A stretch of DNA of 64,000 nt from Candidatus Adlerbacteria bacterium RIFOXYC1_FULL_48_26 (GTDB lineage: Bacteria > Patescibacteriota > Minisyncoccia > Phycocordibacterales > SBAW01). This document shows positions 16,780-26,497 of this stretch, piece by piece. Both the position numbers and the translations under genes were made by a program. The stretch's first letter is position 1. Each line of letters opens with the position of its first letter. The stretch covers positions 7,441 through 71,440 of the forward strand of contig MEXB01000009.1 in assembly GCA_001773575.1 (NCBI GenBank), given 5' to 3'. The notes under the pieces are model-generated. The model was not told where the DNA came from. It did no database searches and saw nothing but the letters and a program-made list of their open reading frames with translations.

Positions 16780-17874
16780 ATGAATGAAGTAGAAGAGGGT
16801 TCTATCCCTACGTCCGTAATGGCCATGTTCGCAGAACAGGCCCAAATGCCACCTAAGGAAGGTGACATTATTGAAGGTACAGTGTTGGCGCTCGACCGCG
16901 CAAAGCTCTATATCGACCTCCCACCGTTTGGTACTGGTGTTATCTTCGGCCGCGAATACATGAACGCGCGCGAAGTTATCAAGCGCATTAACGTTGGCGA
17001 CATCATCGCTGCAAAGGTTATCGCAACTGACAGCAAGGATGGCTACATCGAGCTTTCTCTTAAGGAAGCACGCCAGGCTATCATCTGGGCAGAAGCAGAA
17101 GATGCAGTTCGCAACAAAACTCAGTTCGACCTCGTTATTAAAGAAGCAAACAAGGGCGGTCTCATCTTGGAATGGCAAGGTATCGCAGGCTTCCTCCCTG
17201 CCTCACAGCTTAAGGCTGAGCACTATCCTCGCGTTGCAGATGGCAACAAGGATGAAATTTTGAACGAACTCCGCAAACTTGTTGGACAGAAGCTTCCTGT
17301 TTCCCTTATCTCTGCAATTCCAAAAGAAGGTAAATTGATCTTCTCTGAAAAGGGTGCTGACGATAAAGAGAAGAAAGAAATCGTAGAACGCTATGTCGTT
17401 GGCGATGTTATTGAAGGCGAAGTCACAGGTATGGTTGACTTCGGTGTCTTCGTGAAGCTTGAAGAAGGCTTGGAAGGCCTCGTACACATCTCTGAGATCG
17501 ACTGGGGCCTCGTAGACGACCCTCGCCACTTCTTTAAAGTGGGAGATAAGGTTGGCGTTAAGATAATCGACATCAAAGAAGGTAAAGTATCTCTCTCTGT
17601 GAAGCAGCTTAAGGCAAACCCATGGATGGAAGCTTCAGGTAAATACAACAAAGGAGACAAAGTTGAAGGCGTCGTTATCAAATTCAACAAACATGGTGCA
17701 CTCGCATCTATTGAAGAAGGTATCGCAGGCCTCGTGCACGTGTCTGAGTTCGGCACTGAAGACAAGCTCCGCAGCTCGCTTGAACTTGGTAAGCGTTACC
17801 CATTCACCATTTCCCTCTTCGATCCGAAGGAAATGCGCATGGCGCTCTCATTTGGCACAGGCGAAAAGAAATAG
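16780..17874 (+). CDS. rpsA: 30S ribosomal protein S1 (short 4-S1-domain form)
   Basis: 364 aa; repeated S1 domains (GDIIEGTV..., GDVIEGEVTGMVDFGVFVKL..., GDKVEGVVIKFNKHGA...). Confidence 0.85.
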   Translation: MNEVEEGSIPTSVMAMFAEQAQMPPKEGDIIEGTVLALDRAKLYIDLPPFGTGVIFGREYMNAREVIKRINVGDIIAAKVIATDSKDGYIELSLKEARQAIIWAEAEDAVRNKTQFDLVIKEANKGGLILEWQGIAGFLPASQLKAEHYPRVADGNKDEILNELRKLVGQKLPVSLISAIPKEGKLIFSEKGADDKEKKEIVERYVVGDVIEGEVTGMVDFGVFVKLEEGLEGLVHISEIDWGLVDDPRHFFKVGDKVGVKIIDIKEGKVSLSVKQLKANPWMEASGKYNKGDKVEGVVIKFNKHGALASIEEGIAGLVHVSEFGTEDKLRSSLELGKRYPFTISLFDPKEMRMALSFGTGEKK

Positions 17875-17895
17875 ATCAGTTCTACATAACAAAAA

Positions 17896-17922
17896 CCCCG
17901 CACAATGCGGGGTTTTTGTTTT
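17896..17922. terminator. Bidirectional Rho-independent terminator between rpsA and pth
   Basis: AAAAACCCCGC-ACAAT-GCGGGGTTTTTGTTTT; pth stop lies in the T-run. Confidence 0.7.
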
Positions 17923-18478
17923 ATTGTTTTGAATGGATTTCCATCGTTGCCTTGTCGCGACCTTCGGTTACCAAAAGCTCAAGAGCATCGCGAACAAGTT
18001 TTTTTGCCTTCTTTAATTTGTCTTGCTCTGTTGCTTTAAATTTTCCAAGCACAAAATCTACGACATCTTTCTCGCCTGTTGGTTTTTTAAGTTTGCCTGA
18101 TGGAGTTGCAGGCGAGATGCCGATGCGGATACGCACAAAGTCTTTTGTCTTAATTGCTTTGTGGATGGAATTAATGCCATTGTGTCCACCCGATGATGAA
18201 CCAAAGGATAGTTTTACTTTCCCAAGCGGAAGATCGAGCTCATCCTGCAGCACAACAAGCTGCTCTGCTTGTTTTTTGGATGTCACAAGCTTCTTAAACG
18301 CCGCGCCGGAGTTATTCATATATGTGTCAGGCAGAAGGATAGTAACTTTCTTACCAAATAGTTTGCCCTTCTCCCCTTCTTTCTTATCAATAGCCATCAA
18401 AAAATCACGTCCGATATTGTGGCGCGTGCCATCGTACTCTTTTCCTGGGTTTCCAAGACCTGCAATAATCCAACTCAT
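17921..18478 (-). CDS. pth: Peptidyl-tRNA hydrolase
   Basis: 185 aa; N-terminal IIAGLGNPGKEYDGTRHNIG signature. Confidence 0.9.
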   Translation of the reverse strand: MSWIIAGLGNPGKEYDGTRHNIGRDFLMAIDKKEGEKGKLFGKKVTILLPDTYMNNSGAAFKKLVTSKKQAEQLVVLQDELDLPLGKVKLSFGSSSGGHNGINSIHKAIKTKDFVRIRIGISPATPSGKLKKPTGEKDVVDFVLGKFKATEQDKLKKAKKLVRDALELLVTEGRDKATMEIHSKQ

Positions 18479-18534
18479 GTAGCGGAATTGTAGCAGAAAC
18501 TTGCATGTTCTAAAAAGAGGACTACAATGTCTCC

Positions 18535-19092
18535 ATGCAAGAGGAGAAACGTGAGAATTTTTTCACCGAACTCCTGAAATTTGGAATACTCGCGCTCGTT
18601 ATTGTCGTACCTATACGACTTTTTATTGCGCAACCCTTCATTGTGTCGGGAGTTTCAATGGTTCCTACCTTTGAAGACGCTCAATATCTCATCATTGATG
18701 AGTTTACGTACCATTTTGAGAAGCCTAGCCGTGGCGACGTCATCGTATTCCGCTACCCAAAAGATCCTACGCAGTTTTTTATCAAGCGCATCATCGGCCT
18801 ACCCGGTGACCAAGTTCATATTTCCTCCGCAGGCATTTCAGTAACAAAGGAGGACGGTACAGTACTAGACCTCGACGAGTCATATGTGGTTAACCAAGGC
18901 AACGGCAACGAACAAACCTATACTGTTCCAGAAAATAGCTACTTCGTACTAGGAGACAACCGACCTGAAAGTTCCGACAGTCGCGCATGGGGGTTTGTAC
19001 CCCGCGAAAATATCGTGGGCCGCGCATTTGTAAGACTGCTTCCCGTCCAAACTGCTGCTCTGTTCCCTGGGTTTGCCACAGAGCCGCAGTGA
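18535..19092 (+). CDS. lepB: Signal peptidase I
   Basis: 185 aa; TM anchor, VSGVSMVPTF (Ser box), GDVIVFRYP, RIIGLPGD, VLGDNRPESSDSR boxes. Confidence 0.85.
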   Translation: MQEEKRENFFTELLKFGILALVIVVPIRLFIAQPFIVSGVSMVPTFEDAQYLIIDEFTYHFEKPSRGDVIVFRYPKDPTQFFIKRIIGLPGDQVHISSAGISVTKEDGTVLDLDESYVVNQGNGNEQTYTVPENSYFVLGDNRPESSDSRAWGFVPRENIVGRAFVRLLPVQTAALFPGFATEPQ

Positions 19093-19121
19093 TTATTTAA
19101 ATAAAGAGAAACGACGAATAT

Positions 19122-20267
19122 ATGAGCGCACCGCAACGACTTTCCCCAGCCTCGTTCATTAAACACGCCGCAGATGTTTCAAACTTTTACGGATTCAAAC
19201 CGATGAAGGAGGTTGAGCGTGGCGTACCGCGCGCATTGCGTGTAAAAGGCCCGCACTCGTTCACCACAACAACAGCCCTATCCTCTTCGTACTTTGCACA
19301 AAAGCCTACACAACCAGTACTTAGTTTTTACGCATCTCACACACCTTCACACTTACCTGGTCTCTATGTACCAAAAGAAACCGGAGAGTTTGGTTTGCAG
19401 GTAGTTGGCGCAGACGACAGCCTCGGTGAAATAGTTGTACTCAAAACATTGTTCGCAATTTTAAATGAGTGGGGCGCAAATGTTGGGAAACTTCGCATCA
19501 ACACACTTGGGGACCGCGACTCAAAACTCCGCTTTGAACGCGAGCTCTCAGCGTTTGCACGTAAGCGCGCAAATGAGATGAGCGAATGCTGCCGTGCCGG
19601 GAGCGCTCAGAACGCATTGGCACTTTATAGATGCACTAACAATTCATGTCGCGACCTTGTACGTGAAGGTCCTCGCACGATGAACTTCCTTTCGGAAAAA
19701 AGCCGTGTTCACTTTAAAGATGTACTCGAGCATATCGAGCGCCTCGGATTCCCCTATGAACTTGACGACCTTCTTGTCGGAGACGACCGTGACCCACGCC
19801 TGGTATTTGAACTTGATCTGGAGACCCCTGACGCAACAGTGCTTTCCGTTGTTGGTGGCCGCCACGACGACTACGTACGCAAGGTGACAGGTAAAAAAGA
19901 AGGAAGCTTGGTATCAGCAAGTATATTCTTCCGCAATAACGGCATTGCTCGAGCCCACTTCGCCCCAACCCCAACAGCTAAAATACCGAAGGTCTACTTT
20001 GTACAGCTCGGACTCCGCGCAAAGCTTGAAGGTCTAGCCGTAGTAGACATGCTCCGCGATGCAGGAATGCCTGTATCCCAGTCATTTGATGCAAAAAGCC
20101 TGACACCACAACTTGAGTCCGCAAAGGCACAGGGCGTCTCCCACCTACTTATCATGGGTCAGCGTGAGGCCCTCGACCGCACCGTCATCGTCCGTTCTGC
20201 CACCAATTCCTCTCAGCAAATCGTCCAACTTGCGGCCCTACCCCGATTTTTGAAGGGAATTAAGTAG
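19122..20267 (+). CDS. Class II aaRS-like protein related to HisRS/HisZ with anticodon-binding domain but degenerate catalytic motifs
   Basis: 381 aa; HisRS-like ...RINTLGDRD..., motif-3-like VVGGRHDDY, C-terminal HGTP-anticodon-like domain; motif 1/2 (RPE, FRYERPQ-GR) not recognisable. Confidence 0.5.
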   Translation: MSAPQRLSPASFIKHAADVSNFYGFKPMKEVERGVPRALRVKGPHSFTTTTALSSSYFAQKPTQPVLSFYASHTPSHLPGLYVPKETGEFGLQVVGADDSLGEIVVLKTLFAILNEWGANVGKLRINTLGDRDSKLRFERELSAFARKRANEMSECCRAGSAQNALALYRCTNNSCRDLVREGPRTMNFLSEKSRVHFKDVLEHIERLGFPYELDDLLVGDDRDPRLVFELDLETPDATVLSVVGGRHDDYVRKVTGKKEGSLVSASIFFRNNGIARAHFAPTPTAKIPKVYFVQLGLRAKLEGLAVVDMLRDAGMPVSQSFDAKSLTPQLESAKAQGVSHLLIMGQREALDRTVIVRSATNSSQQIVQLAALPRFLKGIK

Positions 20268-20311
20268 CAACTTGCGTAAAAGTGCCTTGCTGTGGTATTG
20301 TTTCTCGGCAT

Positions 20312-20563
20312 ATGGCAACAAACGCAGAGGTACAAAAGAATGATAACGAGACGCCGATAAACCTTATCCGACGCTTTTCTAAGCGCGTACAGGGTGCCGG
20401 TGTTATTTCTGAGCTCCGTGGCCGTCGTTACCACTCACGCGTTAAATCACGTGAAGTACGCCGCGCACAGACCCTCAAGGTCATCAAGCGCCGCGAAAAC
20501 GTCAAAGAACTCATCAAGCTTGGCAAAATGCCTGAGCGCCCTGTCCGTGGACGCCGCCGCTAA
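20312..20563 (+). CDS. rpsU: 30S ribosomal protein S21
   Basis: Start at MATNAEV; basic protein ...RRFSKRVQGAGV...RRYHSRVKSREVRRAQTLK S21-like. Confidence 0.7.
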   Translation: MATNAEVQKNDNETPINLIRRFSKRVQGAGVISELRGRRYHSRVKSREVRRAQTLKVIKRRENVKELIKLGKMPERPVRGRRR

Positions 20564-20566
20564 ACG

Positions 20567-20906
20567 TTTGCGAATCTCCTATAAAAAAATAAAAGACGAA
20601 GTGTTAGGCAAGGAATACGACTTATCCCTTGCCTTTTTGTCTGCCTCAGAAATGCGCGACGTAACGATCCGCACAAAAAACAAAGACAAGGTTTCTAATG
20701 TTCTCTCCTTCCCACTCTCAAAAACTTCCGGCGAGATACTTATTTGCAGAAAGGCAGCGGCGCCCTTCAGCGTCGGCTATTTGTTTATCCACGGCCTCTT
20801 TCATTTAAAAGGCTTCAAACATGGTGTTAGAATGGAAACTCAAGAGCGCAGAATTTTGAAACAATTCAAGCTCAGAATGCATGAGCAAAATAGTCACAGG
20901 AATTGA
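20567..20906 (+). CDS. ybeY: Endoribonuclease YbeY (rRNA maturation factor); start codon uncertain (likely TTG/GTG near rpsU stop)
   Basis: Frame contains ...LSFPLSK... and the HGLFHLKGFKH zinc-binding H-x3-H-x5-H motif; no in-frame ATG after the rpsU stop. Confidence 0.55.
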
Positions 20907-22059
20907 TGTTGGCACGTACCATGTAAAAGTGGTTATTGCAGAGAGCGCGGATGACCCACGCCAGCCTCCACGTATTCTAGGTACGGGATATGCAGAAAGC
21001 CGTGGCGTGAAAAATGGCTATATCATCTCTCAGGCAGAAACTACTCGTTCCATTGCAGCCGCCGTTGCGCAAGCCTCTAAGGCCGCTCATACAAAAGTTA
21101 AGCGCGCATACGTTAGCATTAGCGGTATTGGCGTAGACGAAGCATTTTCACGCGGAGAAACGGTTGTTGAACGTGGCGACTCCGAGATTACTGAACGCGA
21201 CATTCCTCGCGCTATTGCAGCAAGTGAAAAATCTCTGGCACCTGCTGCGATTGTAAATAGAAAAATAATTCACACCATCCCTCTTCGCTTCTCTGTTGAT
21301 GGCGTCAAAGTGATGGGCCGCTCTCCTGTTGGAATGAAGGGCATGCGTATTGCCGTTGAGTCTCTTTTTATCACCTGCCTCGACAGACATGTCAGCGACC
21401 TAGTCTCCGCCGTAGAAGAGGCTGGGGTTGAAGTGGAGGACGTTGTAGCTGGACCTCTTGCCGCAAGCTTCGTCGCTCTTACCAAAATGCAGAAGCGTGT
21501 TGGGTGCATACTTGCAAACATCGGCGCTGAGACGTTTTCAATAATAGTATTTGAAGACAACACACCGATATCTATAAAAGTGTTCCCCGTTGGAGCAGCA
21601 AACATCACCAACGAGCTCGCGCTTGGTCTCCGCATTGCTCCAGAGGATGCAGAGCAACTCAAACAAGGCGCAGTACTCGGTGCTCCATTTCCAAAAAAGA
21701 AAATAGATGACATCATCGCAAAAAAAGTTTTAGAGATGCTTAAACTCGCTGAAGCACATTTGAAAAAAATAGGTAAAGACGAATTGCTTCCTGCAGGAAT
21801 TGTTCTAACAGGCGGAGGTTCGCTTATTCAAGGCGTTGCAGACCTGGCAAAAACAGCACTACGCCTCCCTGCCCGCACCGCATCTCTTGCAGAAGGCGCG
21901 GCAACTAAAATGCAACTTAAGGATGGTTCTTGGGCTGTAGCCTATGGCCTCACCCTTTGGGGCCTCACATCAGGCGGAGATTTAGAAGTACGCGACGATA
22001 GCACGTTCGGAGATATTGTCCGCAGCCTCTGGCGTTGGTTCAAAAAGTTCCTTCCTTAG
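20881..22059 (+). CDS. ftsA: Cell division protein FtsA
   Basis: 392 aa; actin-like ATPase pattern GIDVGTYHVKVV..., LTGGGSLIQGV; precedes ftsZ. Confidence 0.85.
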   Translation: MSKIVTGIDVGTYHVKVVIAESADDPRQPPRILGTGYAESRGVKNGYIISQAETTRSIAAAVAQASKAAHTKVKRAYVSISGIGVDEAFSRGETVVERGDSEITERDIPRAIAASEKSLAPAAIVNRKIIHTIPLRFSVDGVKVMGRSPVGMKGMRIAVESLFITCLDRHVSDLVSAVEEAGVEVEDVVAGPLAASFVALTKMQKRVGCILANIGAETFSIIVFEDNTPISIKVFPVGAANITNELALGLRIAPEDAEQLKQGAVLGAPFPKKKIDDIIAKKVLEMLKLAEAHLKKIGKDELLPAGIVLTGGGSLIQGVADLAKTALRLPARTASLAEGAATKMQLKDGSWAVAYGLTLWGLTSGGDLEVRDDSTFGDIVRSLWRWFKKFLP

Positions 22060-22134
22060 ACTCAAAACAAAAGAGTGTTTTGTCAAAGTTTGCATCCATA
22101 CCAGAAGTGGTATACTTCGCGCACGCATTATTTA

Positions 22135-23352
22135 ATGAAAAAGCAACACCCTATGGCACAAGTACAACCAGACATTGAAGCGTTCGCACGGATCCGAGTC
22201 GTCGGTGTAGGGGGTTCGGGCAAAAACGCTGTCAATCACATGGTTGAAAGCAAAGTCCGCGGGGTAGATTTCATCTCCATCAATACCGATGCACAAGATT
22301 TGCATCACTCTCTCGCAAAAAAGAAAATTCACATTGGTAAAAACCTTACACGCGGTCTTGGTGCCGGAATGAATCCAGAAATCGGCAAGCGCGCAGCAGA
22401 AGAGACAAAAGAAGAAGTTCAACAGTCGCTTAAAGGTTCTGACATGGTGTTTATCGCAGGAGGAATGGGTGGCGGCACTGGTACAGGCGTCGCTCCAGTC
22501 GTTGCAAAAACTGCAAAAGAACTCGGCGCACTTACTGTCGCTGTTGTTACAAAACCGTTTGCATTCGAAGGCCAGCAGCGCATGCGTTTGGCAGAACAAG
22601 GCTTGGAAGAACTTCGCCGCGAAGTTGACGCCCTTATCGTTATTCCAAACGACCGCATCCTCGCAACTGTTGCAAAGGACACCACTCTCAAAGCAGCGTT
22701 TGCTGCGTGCGACGATGTGCTTAAACAAGCTGTAGAAGGAATTTCTGACCTCATCACCCACCCAGGTATCATCAACGTCGACTTCGCCGACGTACGAGCA
22801 GTTATGGAAAACTCAGGCTCAGCTCTTATGGGTATCGGCATTGCGTCAGGTGAAAACCGCGCTGCAGTTGCTGCAAAGGCTGCTGTTTCATCTCCCCTTC
22901 TTGAAATCTCAATCAACGGCGCAAAGGGCGTGCTCTTTGCAATCGCAGGTCAGGACGACCTCGGTATGATCGAAGTACACGAAGCAGCAAAGATCATTAC
23001 TGAATCTGTAGATCCAAATGCAAAGATTATCTTCGGCGCAATCAAAGACGAAAAACTTAAGAAAGGCGAAGTTCGCGTAACTGTTATCGCAACAGGCTTC
23101 CCAGCAGCAGGTATCGCACCACGCGGCACACCACTCTTTACATTCAGCGGCCGCGAAACAAAAGAAGTTGATGTTCCACCAATTGGCAAAATCTTCAACA
23201 CTCCAGCTCCTGCTCCAAAAGAAGTAGAAAAAGAGGAACCTAAGAAACCTGTTGTTGAGGCTCCAGTAGAGCCCAAACTTAAGAAAGAAGATGACGAAGA
23301 GGATGAATGGGGTGCTGTACCTTCCTTCCTACGCCGTCCTAAGATAAAATAA
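22135..23352 (+). CDS. ftsZ: Cell division protein FtsZ
   Basis: Tubulin signature GGGTGTG (GGMGGGTGTGVAPVVA), N-terminal IRVVGVGGSGKNAV; start may be 22135 or 22153. Confidence 0.9.
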   Translation: MKKQHPMAQVQPDIEAFARIRVVGVGGSGKNAVNHMVESKVRGVDFISINTDAQDLHHSLAKKKIHIGKNLTRGLGAGMNPEIGKRAAEETKEEVQQSLKGSDMVFIAGGMGGGTGTGVAPVVAKTAKELGALTVAVVTKPFAFEGQQRMRLAEQGLEELRREVDALIVIPNDRILATVAKDTTLKAAFAACDDVLKQAVEGISDLITHPGIINVDFADVRAVMENSGSALMGIGIASGENRAAVAAKAAVSSPLLEISINGAKGVLFAIAGQDDLGMIEVHEAAKIITESVDPNAKIIFGAIKDEKLKKGEVRVTVIATGFPAAGIAPRGTPLFTFSGRETKEVDVPPIGKIFNTPAPAPKEVEKEEPKKPVVEAPVEPKLKKEDDEEDEWGAVPSFLRRPKIK

Positions 23353-23356
23353 GTCG

Positions 23357-24280
23357 ATGTACGACTTAGCGATAATTGGTGGTGGCCCAGCAGGTGTCGC
23401 CGCGGGAGTCTATGCTGCCCGCAAACAACTGAAGACTGTATTTATTGCAGAAAGCATCGGCGGACAGAGCATTGACTCTGCTGAGATTCAAAACTGGATC
23501 GGCACTCCTGCAATTTCTGGCATGGACCTTGCAAAAAGTTTGGAAGCGCATCTTAAAGCATATGCGGGAGAATTCGTAGATCTCAAACTAGGGATTCGTG
23601 GGGACAGGGTAGAAAAAATTGCAGGCGGTTTTTCTATAACAACTTCAAAAGGTCCTATCGAGGCAAAAGCGGTACTTATCTCAACCGGCGGTTCGCGCCG
23701 CAAGCTCACCGTGCCTGGCGCTGCAGAGTTTGAAAACAAGGGGCTTACCTACTGCGCATCATGTGACGGCCCTCTCTTTGCTGGCCAAGATGTAATAGTC
23801 GTCGGTGCCGGCAACGCAGGTTTTGAAAGTGCTGCTCAACTGCTTGCCTACTGCAAATCCGTCACGCTCCTAAACCGCAGCGCAGAATTTACTAAAGCAG
23901 ACGCTTCAACGGTGCAGGCGGTAATGGCGCATGCAAATTTTAAAGCGCTTTCAAGCACAGAACCTATAGAAATAAAAGGCGGCCCTTTTGTAAAAAGCAT
24001 GGTTGTAAAGAATTCAGAAACTGGAGAGACAACAGAACTTGCAGCAACAGGTATTTTTGTTGAAATCGGCATGATCTCAGCAACAGGACTTGTAGAGGGC
24101 CTTGTAGATATGGACGAGCACAAACACATTAAAGTTGATCCGAGAAATCAGCGCTCGTCAGTAGATGGAATTTGGTCTGCAGGCGACTGCACAGATGGCC
24201 TCTACCACCAAAACAACATTGCTGCAGGCGATGCTGTAAAAGCACTCGAGGATATCTACTACTGGGTCAAAGCGCAGTAA
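23357..24280 (+). CDS. trxB: Thioredoxin-disulfide reductase-like FAD/NAD(P) oxidoreductase
   Basis: 307 aa; FAD motif AIIGGGPAGVAAGVYAA, redox CASCDG, NAD(P) motif VVGAGNAGFESA. Confidence 0.8.
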   Translation: MYDLAIIGGGPAGVAAGVYAARKQLKTVFIAESIGGQSIDSAEIQNWIGTPAISGMDLAKSLEAHLKAYAGEFVDLKLGIRGDRVEKIAGGFSITTSKGPIEAKAVLISTGGSRRKLTVPGAAEFENKGLTYCASCDGPLFAGQDVIVVGAGNAGFESAAQLLAYCKSVTLLNRSAEFTKADASTVQAVMAHANFKALSSTEPIEIKGGPFVKSMVVKNSETGETTELAATGIFVEIGMISATGLVEGLVDMDEHKHIKVDPRNQRSSVDGIWSAGDCTDGLYHQNNIAAGDAVKALEDIYYWVKAQ

Positions 24281-24335
24281 TTTTTGCGTTTTTGACAAAA
24301 AAACGATATATTGGCGCAGTGCTTTAGGTTCGTAT

Positions 24336-24407
24336 GGCCCTATCGTCTAACGGTTAGGACGCCGGCTTTTCAAGCCGTTAATCGGGGTTCGATTCCCCGT
24401 AGGGTCA
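24336..24407 (+). tRNA. tRNA-Glu (anticodon TTC)
   Basis: Acceptor GGCCCTA/TAGGGTC, anticodon stem CCGGC/GCCGG with loop TTTTCAA, T-arm CGGGG-TTCGATT-CCCCG. Confidence 0.85.
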
Positions 24408-24422
24408 CAAGGACAGAATTAA

Positions 24423-24509
24423 GGAGAGGTGGCTGAGTGGTCGAAGGCACCGGTTTCGAAAACCGGCATCTGGGAAACTGGATCGAGGGTTCAAATCCCT
24501 CCCTCTCCG
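24423..24509 (+). tRNA. tRNA-Ser (anticodon CGA), long variable arm
   Basis: Acceptor GGAGAGG/CCTCTCC, anticodon stem CCGGT/ACCGG with loop TTCGAAA, long variable arm, T-arm GAGGG-TTCAAAT-CCCTC. Confidence 0.85.
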
Positions 24510-24540
24510 CACACACGTAATGTAGTGGTAAGCTAACTAT

Positions 24541-24873
24541 ATGTTAGGACTGCATCATCTGCACCAGCGCAGAAAAAGAATCGCAGAACAACCGCGCACG
24601 GTTCACGTAATACTAAGTAAGGCAAAAATAGATTTGCTCATATACATTGCGGCTTTTGTCGGACCGTTGGCACTGTTGCCGCAGGTGATTAATGTATACG
24701 CGACCCGCGACACCTCCGGTCTCTTTTTGCCTACATGGTGCATGTTTGGGGTATTGAATTTTCTGTGGATCCTCTACGGTCGTGTGCATAAAGAAAAACC
24801 TATTGTCATAACAAACACAGCGCTCATGGTACTTAACTTTTCTGTAGCCGCTGGCATTGTGCTTTTTAGTTAA
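24541..24873 (+). CDS. SemiSWEET / PQ-loop (MtN3-like) small sugar transporter
   Basis: 3 TM helices with LALLPQVINVY PQ motif and ...NFLWILYG...; N-terminal extension may be start mis-call. Confidence 0.65.
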   Translation: MLGLHHLHQRRKRIAEQPRTVHVILSKAKIDLLIYIAAFVGPLALLPQVINVYATRDTSGLFLPTWCMFGVLNFLWILYGRVHKEKPIVITNTALMVLNFSVAAGIVLFS

Positions 24874-24878
24874 CACAT

Positions 24879-26159
24879 ATGAAGAAAAATCCTCACAGCC
24901 TTCCACGGAAAGCATATTTTACTACTCGGTCATTTTTGCGGTATTGGTACAGTCCTAAGGAAGTCCCAGCCCCTCGCCCAACACAAGGTCTCAAAATTGC
25001 TTTTATCCATAGCGATAAAAAAATTGCGACCGGTGCACATCATATAAACGAACTGATGAGTAAGGCCTTGGTAGAACGTGGGGCCCGTGTAAAAAGCTTC
25101 TACCCACGCCGACAGCTAACCGACACGCCTGTGCATCTCAAAGGCATTGCAAACATTTTATTCTTCCATTCGCTGCTCGAACACAAGGAAGAAATATTAA
25201 AGAATCACATTATTCAAGGCACGACATATACACCCCTACCCTTCCTGTCATTTGATGTGCCAGTCGTGTGCCACTTTGGTTCAACAATACGAGGATACCT
25301 TGATGCGGTGCCGCCCACGAAACAGCTGCCAAAAGAGGAGCTAGCTGTCTTCAAAGAACTAGCAAAGCTCAACATAATACCTGAACTCGACCTCAACACC
25401 TTTCGCCCAATGGAGGATGTTGCAGACATAGAAGCCATCGCGGCGGCACGGGCATCCGCTTGCATCGCCACCTCCCAGCGAGTGCGAGACGAGCTTATGG
25501 CCATGGAAGTACCTGCTGAACAGATTACAGTGATACATAATGCAATCGAGGATTATTGGTTTTCGACAACCAAACCGGAAAAGCCAGCAGCGCCACATCT
25601 AATATTTTTAGGGCGTCTTGGTAACGATGTATTCACCCTAAAGCTGAAAGGTTTCTCCCGTTTAGTTAATTTTTACCGTGCATTTCCAGACATACCAAAA
25701 ACCACGGTCTGCATGACCGCGAACCGCGAACTCAAGGAGTGGCTGCGCGTAACATTCCCCAAGCACTACATGTATACAAACCTCCGCAAAGACCTCATCC
25801 CAGGAGCGTTGGCTCCGCTTTATGGAAGCATCATGTTTTTGTCGTCACGGTATGAAGGATTTTCGCTTAGCCTTATTGAGGGAATGTCTCAAGGATTGGT
25901 TCCTATCGCGTACCCGGTAGGAGTAGTTCCTGAAGTCATTAAAGACGGAGAGAATGGGTATATCGTCTTTTCGCAAGAAGAGGCAATCGCTCGAACAAAA
26001 GAACTCCTCGCCGACGAGCAAAAACGTCTGAAGATGGCCCAAGCAGCACAAGTCGCAGCGCAAAACTTTCGAAGCAAGAACATTGCTGTGCAATTGCTGA
26101 CACTGTACCACTCACTCCGAGAAAAGAACTCGAAAAGACAGAGGACCCTTCAGGCCTAA
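24879..26159 (+). CDS. Glycosyltransferase family 4 (GT-B fold)
   Basis: 426 aa; C-terminal SRYEGFSLSLIEGMSQGLVPIAYPVGVVPEVIKDGENGYIV retaining-GT motif. Confidence 0.7.
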   Translation: MKKNPHSLPRKAYFTTRSFLRYWYSPKEVPAPRPTQGLKIAFIHSDKKIATGAHHINELMSKALVERGARVKSFYPRRQLTDTPVHLKGIANILFFHSLLEHKEEILKNHIIQGTTYTPLPFLSFDVPVVCHFGSTIRGYLDAVPPTKQLPKEELAVFKELAKLNIIPELDLNTFRPMEDVADIEAIAAARASACIATSQRVRDELMAMEVPAEQITVIHNAIEDYWFSTTKPEKPAAPHLIFLGRLGNDVFTLKLKGFSRLVNFYRAFPDIPKTTVCMTANRELKEWLRVTFPKHYMYTNLRKDLIPGALAPLYGSIMFLSSRYEGFSLSLIEGMSQGLVPIAYPVGVVPEVIKDGENGYIVFSQEEAIARTKELLADEQKRLKMAQAAQVAAQNFRSKNIAVQLLTLYHSLREKNSKRQRTLQA

Positions 26160-26180
26160 AAAGGAAATAGGCCCGAAGGC

Positions 26181-26351
26181 CTATTCTGCGGGTGTTTGGC
26201 GTGAGGTTTCTTGGACTGGCCATAAAAGTTCAGTCCAGAAGAACACGCCGATACATGTGACGATCAAAAAAGGATTACCCGTCTTACATGCCTGCGCCAG
26301 GATCTCCTGACGATTTTTGGTGAAACGATCTTGCTTCTGTTGTGCAACCAT
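26181..26351 (-). CDS. Small membrane protein (56 aa), below ORF-track cutoff
   Basis: SD GGAGGTGA 4 nt before ATG; one TM helix (NPFLIVTCIGVFFWTELLW); stop followed by hairpin AGGCCTTCGGGCCT + T-run. Confidence 0.45.
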   Translation of the reverse strand: MVAQQKQDRFTKNRQEILAQACKTGNPFLIVTCIGVFFWTELLWPVQETSRQTPAE

Positions 26352-26421
26352 ACGTCACCTCCACCTTCCCCTCTAAGTATACTCCTGACAAAAAGGGCTT
26401 TTTTTGGTATTGTCGGTTTAC

Positions 26422-26497
26422 GCGCGGTTAGCTCAGTTGGTAGAGCATCCCCTTGACGTGGGGAGGGTCACAGGTTCGAGTCCTGTATCGCGCACCA
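26422..26497 (+). tRNA. tRNA-Val (anticodon GAC), CCA encoded
   Basis: Acceptor GCGCGGT/ATCGCGC, D-arm TAGCTCAGTTGGTAGAGC, anticodon loop TTGACGT, T-arm ACAGG-TTCGAGT-CCTGT. Confidence 0.85.

Noticed and set aside
26168-26190. Hairpin AATAGGCC-CGAA-GGCCTATT after the GT4 gene as a plus-strand terminator
   Set aside because: There is no T-run on the plus side. It works as a terminator only for the minus-strand 56-aa gene, where a T-rich tail follows.
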